From NCBI RefSeq assembly GCF_900460215.1, contig NZ_UHIA01000003.1, positions 131,944-155,943 of the forward strand: 24,000 nucleotides of DNA, in the 5' to 3' direction. Each line of letters opens with the position of its first letter. Positions within the stretch are counted from its first letter, which is position 1. Below the pieces are notes generated by a model. The model ran no database searches. It saw nothing but the letters and a program-made list of their open reading frames with translations, and was not told the DNA's origin. Shown here piece by piece: positions 13,601 through 22,381 of this stretch. Made by a program: the position numbers and the translations under genes. The stretch comes from Suttonella indologenes (GTDB taxonomy: Bacteria; Pseudomonadota; Gammaproteobacteria; Cardiobacteriales; Cardiobacteriaceae).

Positions 13601-15793
13601 AACCGCAGCAACCAAGGTTTTATCGCCTAAATCATAAAGCGATTTTCCGGCAATCTTGACCTCAAAATCACCGCCTGTCTGCACGGTCGATTTGCCTAAG
13701 CGCTGCGTGCCCGCATAAATGCTCACCGCATCGCCCTGCTTAAATTCGCCTTCAATGCGTCCTTTCACGACGACATCCTGCGCGATTTCCGCTACAGAAA
13801 CCCGATTGTCATCGCCGGCAATGCTCTCAATTTGCGCGCTTGCCTCCAATTGCGTATCTACTTGATACGTCAAAGGTAAAGACTGCGCTGTTTTGCCGTC
13901 TACACGAATCACCGCATGAATTCGATTACCGCCTTCTGCGCCGGCCAAGTCCTTGCCTTGAAGCGTCAATTGCCAAGTTTTATCTGCCGCATGAGGCGTC
14001 GCCTGTCCCAACAATACATTATTTTTATAGACTTCAATCTTGAACGGATCAAGCGCTGCATATTCGTCATGAGCATAAACGCCTCGAATAATAACGGATT
14101 TATTCAAATCATTGGCATTAATCAAACCGTCATCCACCGCCGCCACGGTAATGCTAGGCTCAATCTGAGAAGCATCAATCTCATACGGCTGCTCCGTCGT
14201 CTGCGTTGTAGGATTGCCCGCCTTATCAAGCGCTTTAATACTGGCGCTGACTTTTTGCTGCCCCCGAAGAACTGCGCCGTCAACCTCCAAACGAAAGGTT
14301 TTATCCGATTCGTTTATAATGACTTTCGGATTTAAACCGGCAGAAGAATAAATATTGCTGCCGATGCTAAGCTCAATCTGTAAATCGGCTAAATCTTCTG
14401 CCTGCACTTGATAAGAGCCGTTAATAACAAAAGTCTTACTTAATTGCTCCTGACTCAGCTTACCGCTGCCTATCGCATTGAGGCTGATGCTGATTTGCGG
14501 CGCTTGCAAATCCACCTGATAGGTCTTGCTTTCTTCGGCGAGTTTTGTCGTATCCTTATCCATGATTTCGACTTTGACCTTATCGCCCTGCACAACGCCG
14601 CTGCCTGCAAAATCCACCGTAAAATTGCCTTCATTATCGATTTTGATTTGATCGCGTGTTGCCACGCAAGCCACACAGCCGCAGGTAATTTTAATCGCAT
14701 CTTCAATCAATAAGCCTTTAATTTTACCGCTTACGGTAATATTGCCGGCAGATTCTTCGATATTCACCACATTATCTTGCGTGACATCATCAATGCTGAT
14801 GCTCGGCATCAAGCGGTAATCTTGGCTACCGCTAACCGTTGCTGATTGTCCATTTGTCTGCGTACCCTTAACCGTTGCGCTGATTTGACTATGATTGGAC
14901 AATGTCGCCCCGTCCACCTCAAAGCTAAAACCGCCGTTTTGCAACTGTGCGCGATAGTGATTGCCGCCGATATTCAGCACAACTTCCGCGCCGTCTTGCA
15001 TATGGCTGACCTTGCCGACAATCATCTGTTTTTGTGCCGCCTCTGCGGTATCAATCAAATTATCACCCGTGATTTTTTCAAATGTCACTTTGGAAACCAA
15101 AGCATTTGGCGTATTTGGCGTATTTGGCGTATTTGGCGTATTTGGCGTATTTGGCGTATTTGGCGTATTTGGCGTATTTGGCGTATTTGGCGTATTTGGC
15201 GTATTTGGCGTATTTGGCGTATTTGGCGTATTTGGCGTATTTGGCGTATTTGGCGTATTTGGCGTATTTGGCGTATTCGGCGTATTCGGCGTATTCGGCG
15301 TATTCGGCGTATTCGGATTTGCAGGAGTCTGCGCCTTAGTATCGGCATCATTCTTATCGCTGCCGCCGGCTGCGCTCAAACCAATCGCGCCCACCGCCGT
15401 CGCAATCCCCAGACTTGGCAGCAAGATACTGCTTGTTTGCACTTGGCTTGCCTGCAAAGCCGCCTGCGGCGTGCCTTCAGGCAGCGTGGCAAAGCTTTGA
15501 TTTGCCGTTTCAAATACCGTCAGCTGACTAGCGTCGCTGATAAAGCCGCCTTGATACGCCGTGATCGCATGGTCTTCGATAATCAGCAAAGGCTCGGAGA
15601 CACCCTCTTTCAAAATCCATAAATCATTGCCTTTGATAATAAATTCCGGATTATTAATCAGGCTGCCGTTCTCTGCCAACAGTTGATACTGCATATCGCC
15701 CAAGGCTTTCAAATGCACGGTTTGACCGCTGCTTAAATGAATCGATGAACTAAGCCCTTCGCCGCGATAAACATGAAATACGTAGGCAGCCAT
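10637..15793 (-). CDS. giant T1SS-type secreted protein: BapA/LapA-like N-terminal module, PNT linker, Ig-like repeats, serralysin-type metzincin domain, RTX repeats
   Basis: 1718 aa from the ATG at 15791-15793, with AGGAGA 4 nt upstream; the track's TTG start at 15814 is rejected. Repeated ~90-100 aa modules of the type (I/V)TGDN.IN..EA......G carry an Ig-like adhesin signature. [13 protein letters not shown] plus the downstream LLSYES and [10 protein letters not shown] blocks match serralysin (M10B). The repeats [35 protein letters not shown] are RTX nonapeptides. The C-terminus ...DNNSFIVV is an acidic-then-hydrophobic T1SS-type tail. Confidence 0.9.
   Translation of the reverse strand: [1718 protein letters not shown]
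10891..11280 (-). repeat. RTX (GGxGxDxUx) calcium-binding nonapeptide repeat blocks within the giant CDS (approximate bounds)
   Basis: Translated blocks are [37 protein letters not shown] and [37 protein letters not shown]. Confidence 0.85.
11942..11974 (-). other. zinc-binding motif [11 protein letters not shown] (HExxHxxGxxH) of the metzincin domain
   Basis: Codons were read directly and are in frame with the giant CDS. Confidence 0.9.
15104..15319 (-). repeat. tandem 9-bp repeat encoding (Pro-Asn-Thr)x23
   Basis: 19 contiguous ATTTGGCGT units (15104-15274) are followed by 4 ATTCGGCGT units (15275-15310) and a partial unit. On the minus strand these read CCA/CCG AAT ACG. The repeat is in frame with the giant CDS. 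Confidence 0.95.
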
Positions 15794-15923
15794 ATTGTCT
15801 CCTGAATGATTCAAAAATAAGATTAGAAAATGACCGTAATTTTATCTTTTTTATCATTTAGCGACAATCCGTCCGCCATAATTTTAGCGCCTAAGCTACT
15901 AAAATTAAGAATTAATCAGCCTC

Positions 15924-16796
15924 TCATTTCTCCCCATACACCGCCCAAGCCTTGAGTACCGCCTGCGCCCAATTGCTGTGCGTGCTGACTTCCTGCATAG
16001 TGGCATCGGCATTAAATACCGCCCTTTGACTGGAGAGAATCTGCTCGGCGAGGTATTTATCGCCGGCAGAGACGCGGTAATGCCGCTCAATCAGGGGAAT
16101 TTGTTCGGGGTGAATGGCGGTTTTGCCGATTAAGCCGTAGCGCAAATCTTCCTGTACTTCCTGCGCCAGCAATGCCTGTTCTTCCAAAAATTCAAATACG
16201 GGCGCAGTCAAATAAAAGCCGTAGGGCTTGAAGATACCGACCAAACGCGCAATCAATACGCCCAATGCGCCTTGATAAATCGTGGCATCGCGCGAGCGGC
16301 GCATGTGCAGCAGGCTCAATAAATCATTGCCGCCGATGCGCAGACATAAAATCCTTGCGAACCATTCGGGATGCAATAATTGGCGGCGCAAATCCAGCAT
16401 CGCGCTTTCAAGGAAGGTATCGCCGGTTTCCAAAGTCGGCATCAGGGCAAAATCATAAGACAGCAGCGGCGCATACTCATGCAGATTATGCGGACTTATT
16501 TTCGGCAGAACAAAGCCGCTGATTTTCTCAATACCGCGCAATTGCAAGATTTCCTGCATCACTTGCGGATTGCGCAGGCGGATAAAATGCAGCCGTCGGT
16601 CTTGCGCCGGCAAGGTATCTAATAATAATTGCAATTGCGCAAAAGCTTGCGGCAAATCATTGGGATGCAGGGCATCTTCGGTGCAATAAATCAAGCTGCG
16701 CACAAAGCCGAGCCTGTCGCCGCGCGCAATCGCCGGCAATTGCTCGTGAATGGCAGGCACATATAAAGAAGCGCCTAGTTGATAAGGATTAATCAT
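15924..16796 (-). CDS. HpcH/HpaI aldolase / citrate-lyase beta (CitE)-like family enzyme
   Basis: 290 aa. The motif series SLYVPA, YCTEDAL, GFVLPKI, MPTLETGD, LRIGGNDL and GKTAIHPEQI parallels the CitE/HpcH TIM-barrel signature blocks (LFVPG, DLEDAV, lPKv, IET, fG..Dl, IHP.Q). Its start overlaps the upstream gene's stop by 8 nt. Confidence 0.7.
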   Translation of the reverse strand: MINPYQLGASLYVPAIHEQLPAIARGDRLGFVRSLIYCTEDALHPNDLPQAFAQLQLLLDTLPAQDRRLHFIRLRNPQVMQEILQLRGIEKISGFVLPKISPHNLHEYAPLLSYDFALMPTLETGDTFLESAMLDLRRQLLHPEWFARILCLRIGGNDLLSLLHMRRSRDATIYQGALGVLIARLVGIFKPYGFYLTAPVFEFLEEQALLAQEVQEDLRYGLIGKTAIHPEQIPLIERHYRVSAGDKYLAEQILSSQRAVFNADATMQEVSTHSNWAQAVLKAWAVYGEK

Positions 16797-17871
16797 GATT
16801 TCTTTTCTGAATAAGGGCGGTGGCTAAATAAGGCAGTCGGGGGCGAATCTCAATCGTCACCTGCTTTTCCGCCGCCAATTGCCGCAAATGTTGCACGGCG
16901 GGCAAATCGGCATCGCGCAGCAGCAGTCTTTGCGGCTGACGACGCAACAAGACGCGTGTGGCTTCGCCGATGCCGGGCTTGATTAAATTCACATTACCGA
17001 TGGCAAATTCCGCCTGCATGGCGGCAATGAAATCGCGGTTCTGCTGCGCTCTTTCCGCGGTCGGCAAAGGCTGTGCCGGCGGCAAATCGCCCTGCGGCAC
17101 GTGATTGAGCAAATCCCGAATAAAACGCTGCGACACATCATGCGCCGCCCATTCTTTAAAAAACACGCAGCCGTGAAAATCCGTCGCGCCAATCTGTTCA
17201 TTCAAAATCGAACGACTGACCAAACCGCTCACGCAAGCATTTAAAATCGCCGAAGGAATCAAATAATCCTCGCTGCCGGCGGCAAAAGGCGTTACGCCCG
17301 CCAAATCGCTCAAAACATACAAATCGCTGCTCAAATTCACATCTTCGCGCCGATTAACATCCGCCACCGCCTTGCACAATTCGCGATGAATCACGCCCTT
17401 GCCCGTCCAGCCGTCGATAAACACAATCTGCTCGGACGCAAAACCCTGCTGCAAAATATAGCGCAACGCATTGGCATCAATCCCGCGATCACGAATAATC
17501 GAGACGGAAAAATGCGGCACCTGTCTGCCGTAATGCCAGCTTAATATCGCCTGCAAAGCCACGCCCACCGGCGTCCCCGCCCGTGCCAAAGAAACCAAAA
17601 CCGGCGCCTGCCGCTCTCGGGCAATCAAAGCCGCCAATTGTCGGCAATCCTGCGCCATCTGCGGCAAATGCTGCGCGCAGGCGCGTTCGAACAAAGCCCA
17701 ATACGCCGGCGAAGGCAAAGCCTCGGGCGAAAGCATCTCGCTATAATGCTTCGCCCCCGTTTGAATCAAACGCTCTTTTTCTTTCACGTCCTCCATCAAT
17801 TGCATCTCGATCGGCTTGAGCAAAAACTGCACCTGATGCGGCAAATAACTGCCATGAAAGGCTTTCATCAT
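16789..17871 (-). CDS. PRTase_2/TRSP-domain phosphoribosyltransferase-like protein (family often labelled 'cysteine protease StiP')
   Basis: 360 aa. VLVSLARAGTPVG and IVFIDGWTGKG resemble the PRTase fold and PRPP-loop motifs. The size and overall pattern match the ter-associated PRTase family as I remember it. The ATG overlaps the jetD stop (ATGA). Confidence 0.6.
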   Translation of the reverse strand: MMKAFHGSYLPHQVQFLLKPIEMQLMEDVKEKERLIQTGAKHYSEMLSPEALPSPAYWALFERACAQHLPQMAQDCRQLAALIARERQAPVLVSLARAGTPVGVALQAILSWHYGRQVPHFSVSIIRDRGIDANALRYILQQGFASEQIVFIDGWTGKGVIHRELCKAVADVNRREDVNLSSDLYVLSDLAGVTPFAAGSEDYLIPSAILNACVSGLVSRSILNEQIGATDFHGCVFFKEWAAHDVSQRFIRDLLNHVPQGDLPPAQPLPTAERAQQNRDFIAAMQAEFAIGNVNLIKPGIGEATRVLLRRQPQRLLLRDADLPAVQHLRQLAAEKQVTIEIRPRLPYLATALIQKRNHD

Positions 17872-19031
17872 TCATTCTCCTTAATGTTTGCGGCATTTGC
17901 GATTATCTGCCAAGCCCAATGCCAATCAATCCGCTCTTGTTCAAGACGCAGATGCTGGGCATAACGATTGTTTTTTAAGGTCTCATACAATGACTGCTCA
18001 GTCGGCATCAGCCCTTCAAATCCATCCGCGCTATGCGGTTTGTCTTCCCTACCCCATAAACTTTGATGCGCCAGCATAGTCGCTTCGTCCATTAAAATCG
18101 ATTGCAAATGCGGCACATAAGTGCGTGCGCGGTGCAAAATCGCAAAACCGTGCGTATCGATATCGCCCCAATAATACACATACGCCTGTTTGAGCCAAAC
18201 GATTTCCGCCAAGACATCTACCGCATAGCCCAAACCCATCATCACGACCGTCTGCCGCATATCCGTAAATGCCAAACCGGTTTGCACATTCTCCACGATA
18301 AAGACTCGCCGCGGCGCAATCGCCAATGCGGCAATTTCTGCCACCGGTGCCGAAATATCGCTTAAACCGCCGCACAGCCTGCGTAAATCCGCATCTAAAA
18401 TACGCATACGCAAACGTGTCGGCGGGGCGAGCAAGCCCGTACAGGCATAGAAATCTTTTTCGTTCAAACCGCCGCGGATAGCCGACAAACAATCTACAAT
18501 CAATCCCTTGCGACTTTCTAACCATTTGCTGTCCATGCCTGCAATCGGCAATTGGCGCGGATAAAGCGAAGCAGCCTCATGCTCAATCAGCCAAAGCAGC
18601 AAATGCTGCAAACGTAAAAAATCCTCATCACTATAGGAACTGAGCTTTTCAATATGTTTCGCTGCCACGCCGGCCAGCTGCCGCCATTGATTCACCAAGG
18701 ATTGATAGCGCTTTCTCATGCTTTGCCAAGCCTCTGCCCGACCTATGGCGGCGGCAAGCGCTTCCGCTTGTGTGAATAGCAATTTTTCGGGCAATCTTTG
18801 CACGGACAAATGTTTCCATTGTTTTTGACTGTACCGCAACTCACCGCCGCCCTGCCATTTCTGCCAAGCTTGCAGCCAAGCGAGAAAACGCTGCATATCC
18901 TGCTGAGCCTTCTGCTCGCTCGGCAAGCCCAGCGATACGGAACATTCGCCAAATCCCTGCTGCAGCCATTGTCGATAATTCGCATCAAAGCGGCGGCGCA
19001 ATATGTTCAGCACATCGTCTGGAAATTTCAT
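17868..19031 (-). CDS. jetD: Wadjet JetD (DUF3322 + DUF2220/Toprim nuclease subunit)
   Basis: 387 aa. The C-terminal Toprim-like motifs are VFIVENVQTGLAF (Glu) and YYWGDIDTHGFAIL (DxD). It sits directly after the SMC-like ATPase with an ATGA overlap. Confidence 0.85.
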   Translation of the reverse strand: MKFPDDVLNILRRRFDANYRQWLQQGFGECSVSLGLPSEQKAQQDMQRFLAWLQAWQKWQGGGELRYSQKQWKHLSVQRLPEKLLFTQAEALAAAIGRAEAWQSMRKRYQSLVNQWRQLAGVAAKHIEKLSSYSDEDFLRLQHLLLWLIEHEAASLYPRQLPIAGMDSKWLESRKGLIVDCLSAIRGGLNEKDFYACTGLLAPPTRLRMRILDADLRRLCGGLSDISAPVAEIAALAIAPRRVFIVENVQTGLAFTDMRQTVVMMGLGYAVDVLAEIVWLKQAYVYYWGDIDTHGFAILHRARTYVPHLQSILMDEATMLAHQSLWGREDKPHSADGFEGLMPTEQSLYETLKNNRYAQHLRLEQERIDWHWAWQIIANAANIKENE

Positions 19032-22000
19032 TGCGCCGCATCCGCCGGCACATTCAGCCGCTGATGCGATTCGTCATAATCAATCAGCAAGACGGAAGAA
19101 TATTTGCGTTCGGAAATATCGACAAAGCAAGCCCCGCCGATAAAGGGTTCCAACGTCATCACCGATTTCAAAGGCGTTGCCACAATCATCTGAAAGCCAA
19201 AATTAATGAAAATATTCATTGCCAAGGCGGTAAATTCATTATCCGCCTTATCAAAAGCCTCATCGAGCACCACAGGAGCATACATCGGCAAACCGTGATC
19301 ATGCCCGCCTAATTGATAACGCAAAGCTGCCGCCAAACAGGTAGCCGCCAATTTTTGCCGCTGACCGCCCGATTTTGCCGCACCGCTGCGATGCGTTTCC
19401 AACACCTTTCCTGCCTCATCATACTCAAGCCCGATAAATTCCACATGCAGGCGCACATCCAACATCAACTCGCGCCAACGCTTCGCCTCTGCTTCCGTGC
19501 CGGATAAGCGCTGCACGATTTTCTGCAAAATTAAAAACCGCGCCTCCGCCTCTTCGCGCGATTCCTGCACAAAAGCATGGCTTAATGCCTGCTGAATATC
19601 TTTTCTAAATTCCTTCACTTCGGGCAAATAGCGGTCTTTTACCTCAATTTTCAAAAAACTTTTTTCTCCGCCCTGCTGATTAAAAGGCACCTGCCCCAGA
19701 CTCTCATTCACCAGCTCCATACGATGCAGAATATCCTTGCGCGCCTGCATTAAATAGCTGGACAAGGCGGCAAGATTCTGCTGACTCTGACTCTGCAGCA
19801 AATCAAAAAACCGCTGCTCATATTCCGGCAGACCGTCACTTTCCAAACGATTTAATTTATTGAAATAATCGCCGGCGCTCGCCAAGCTCGCATCCACATC
19901 GCCGGCTTCCGCCTGCCAACGCCGCTTAAATTCCGCAAAACATTCTTCAATAAAACGCTCATGACTATGAATCTGCTTAGTCTGCCCTTTGATGTCCTCG
20001 CTTAATTGCCGCTCAACCGCCAAAGTTACCTCAGACAAATTCTCTTGCGTCAGCTCTTTGGCAATCGATTGAAACCGCTCGGCAAGCGCCTCTTTTTCAC
20101 GCGGGAGCAATGTAGCCAGTGCCTGAGTCTGTAAATGCTCTAATTGCTTTTGATATTTAGCCAAATCCTGTTCAATCTGCAAATAAGCCAACCGCGCTTG
20201 CTCCCAAACCTCTTTGACCTTCTGATAGCGGCTGTGCTGCTGCTCAATCTCCGCTTCTAACGTCTGCAAATGCTGTGCATCTTGCCGCAGACGATCAATC
20301 TGCCGATTTAAGGCATCAATATGTTTTACCGCACTCGATACATCGACATCCTGCCAATTTAGCAGCATCAGACGATGACAATAACCCATGCGCTCTTCCT
20401 GCTGCTTTTTCTTTTTCTGCAGACCATCAATCGTTTGCTCAAGCGCTTCGATTTCCGCCTCAAGCTGATGCAATTGCTGCTGGTACAAAGCCAATTTCTC
20501 GCGATTATCAAAACCCAAGACCCATTGACGGCGCTCATTTAGCGCATGACGGTCATCTTTTTCATGACGCATCTGATTATGTTTAATCTGCCCTTCTTGG
20601 GTAAGCGCACGTTCGACTTGGCGCAATGCCGCCAAATTCTCAACGCAGACATAATCGAAACGCTGCCGCAACTGCTGCTCCAGCCAATAACGATGCGGAT
20701 GCTCTTTAATCTGTAATTTATGCAATACCGAATCCGTCGAGCGCAAAGAAGAAGGGCTTTTATCGACTCCGCTTAAGCGATAAAACACCAATCGCTGCCC
20801 TAATTGCCGCTCATTCACATATTTATTGACACCGGCATACTGCGCTTCATCTACCAACAAAGACAAAGCAAAACCGCGCAGCAAACGCTCGATTGCCCCA
20901 CGCCAAGCAGCTTCTTGCGCTTTCACCTCCAAAAGCTCGCCGACAAAAGGAAACTGACTTTCATGCACATTCAAAGCCTCGGCCATCTCTCGGCGCAAAG
21001 TCAGCAGAGTTCTTGGAATATTGGAAGGCTGGCGCAGCATCTCCAGAATATCCGCCTGCAAAGAATCCCGCTCTTGCAAGGCTTGATTCAGCGCCTGCTT
21101 AAGCGCGATATAGCGCTCGTTTTCCGAATCATAACGAGCATTCCAGTCTTCTTTTTCTTGCTGTGCCGATACACTGAGCTGGGCAAATTCCTCTACCGTA
21201 TTAGGAAAATGCCAATCCAAAGCCAGACAAATCTTCTGCAATTCCGCCGATTGCTGCACCCGTTTATCCCGTTTGTCTTCCCAATCCCTGCACGCCTGCT
21301 CCAAATGCCTCAGCTCGCTGCCGCCTGCCGCCAAATGCTGCAATCTGAGATTTTCCAGCAATACTTCCTGATGATTTTTCTCCTGCTCCGCCTGCTGCTG
21401 CACATGCTGCTGATGATGCTGCCGCTTCATCAAACGCTCAATCGCTTTGCCCAACAATTGCCGACGACAATGATTGCTATAAATATCAATTCCTTGCTTT
21501 AATTGCTCATGATAGCTGCGCAAAGATTGCAGATGAACATATTCCTGATGCGCCTGAGCTGCGGGACGCAATACCGCAATCTGCTCACGCGCATCCACCA
21601 CCGCCCGATATGCCGCATTCAACTCGGCGAATTCATTGACCAAACGCTGCGCCACCGCAAATGTTTGCGGTTTATCCAGCATAAAATCGCGCAAAAACAC
21701 ATTTAAATCGCCTAAATTCTTCGCCGACTGCGTTTTATGCAGCAAGCGCAAAGCCATCTCGCTCTCTATGCCCAATAAATGGCGAAACCTTTCTGCGTAA
21801 GCGCTGAACTCTTCGCGGATAAAAGCCTGCGAAAAAGTTTGCTTAAGTTTGCGGAGATCAAAATTACTCTCTGCAAAACTCTGCAAAGCCCGCAAATCAA
21901 AATCGCCCTCGCTAATCAAATACACGCGCCGCACATCGGTATTGCTATTGCTATTGCCGCGCAGCCAAAAAATCTGCACCAAGACCACCACGCGTCCCGA

Positions 22001-22381
22001 AGGATTTTCATAACGCAAAGCCAAAGCGCTCCAAGTCGTTCCTGTGCGCAAATAACGCGTGGCAATTTCCCCCGAATCATCGTCTTTTTGCTCCGACCAT
22101 GCTCCGCGCACATAGCTCAACACATTCCGATCATGACCGCTGCGCGCCATTTCACGCGCGGCAGCATTAAAATCCAGCCAACGCGGCGGCACAAGCAAAG
22201 CCGAAATGGCATCTAATAAAGTGGATTTTCCAGCCCCGGAACGCCCGACAAATAAAAAACCTTTCTCGCTTATCGGAATATGATGCAGGCCATGAAAAGT
22301 GCCCCAATGATAGACCTGCAAAGCGCGCATTCTAAATTGCTCGGTCTCAAACAAAGACAAATTATAATCCGCACTACTCAT
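19028..22381 (-). CDS. jetC: Wadjet JetC (SMC/MukB-like ATPase)
   Basis: 1117 aa from the ATG at 22379-22381, with AGGAGG 6 nt upstream. Walker A is GRSGAGKSTLLDA. A long Q/E/L-rich coiled-coil middle is followed by the signature SGGQRQKLA and Walker B VVLDEAFDKAD. Confidence 0.9.
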   Translation of the reverse strand: MSSADYNLSLFETEQFRMRALQVYHWGTFHGLHHIPISEKGFLFVGRSGAGKSTLLDAISALLVPPRWLDFNAAAREMARSGHDRNVLSYVRGAWSEQKDDDSGEIATRYLRTGTTWSALALRYENPSGRVVVLVQIFWLRGNSNSNTDVRRVYLISEGDFDLRALQSFAESNFDLRKLKQTFSQAFIREEFSAYAERFRHLLGIESEMALRLLHKTQSAKNLGDLNVFLRDFMLDKPQTFAVAQRLVNEFAELNAAYRAVVDAREQIAVLRPAAQAHQEYVHLQSLRSYHEQLKQGIDIYSNHCRRQLLGKAIERLMKRQHHQQHVQQQAEQEKNHQEVLLENLRLQHLAAGGSELRHLEQACRDWEDKRDKRVQQSAELQKICLALDWHFPNTVEEFAQLSVSAQQEKEDWNARYDSENERYIALKQALNQALQERDSLQADILEMLRQPSNIPRTLLTLRREMAEALNVHESQFPFVGELLEVKAQEAAWRGAIERLLRGFALSLLVDEAQYAGVNKYVNERQLGQRLVFYRLSGVDKSPSSLRSTDSVLHKLQIKEHPHRYWLEQQLRQRFDYVCVENLAALRQVERALTQEGQIKHNQMRHEKDDRHALNERRQWVLGFDNREKLALYQQQLHQLEAEIEALEQTIDGLQKKKKQQEERMGYCHRLMLLNWQDVDVSSAVKHIDALNRQIDRLRQDAQHLQTLEAEIEQQHSRYQKVKEVWEQARLAYLQIEQDLAKYQKQLEHLQTQALATLLPREKEALAERFQSIAKELTQENLSEVTLAVERQLSEDIKGQTKQIHSHERFIEECFAEFKRRWQAEAGDVDASLASAGDYFNKLNRLESDGLPEYEQRFFDLLQSQSQQNLAALSSYLMQARKDILHRMELVNESLGQVPFNQQGGEKSFLKIEVKDRYLPEVKEFRKDIQQALSHAFVQESREEAEARFLILQKIVQRLSGTEAEAKRWRELMLDVRLHVEFIGLEYDEAGKVLETHRSGAAKSGGQRQKLAATCLAAALRYQLGGHDHGLPMYAPVVLDEAFDKADNEFTALAMNIFINFGFQMIVATPLKSVMTLEPFIGGACFVDISERKYSSVLLIDYDESHQRLNVPADAAQ

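Noticed and set aside
15104-15319. A regular short repeat array that could look CRISPR-like.
   Set aside because: The units are contiguous 9-mers with no spacers, lie inside a CDS and have no cas genes nearby. This is a coding tandem repeat.
14846-15622. Four long ORFs through the 9-bp repeat in other frames or on the other strand (WRIWRI..., FGVFGV..., LAYLAY..., RQIRQI...).
   Set aside because: They are artefacts of a perfectly periodic repeat being stop-free in most of the other frames. Only the PNT frame is continuous with ~1700 codons of domain-bearing sequence.
15794-15814. TTG-initiated extension of the giant gene (MNHSGDN...).
   Set aside because: The AGGAGA RBS lies within this extension, 4 nt upstream of the ATG at 15791-15793.
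16789-17871. The database-style label 'cysteine protease StiP' for the 360-aa protein.
   Set aside because: I see PRTase-like motifs and no recognisable Cys-His protease signature, so I treat the protease name as historical and not functional.
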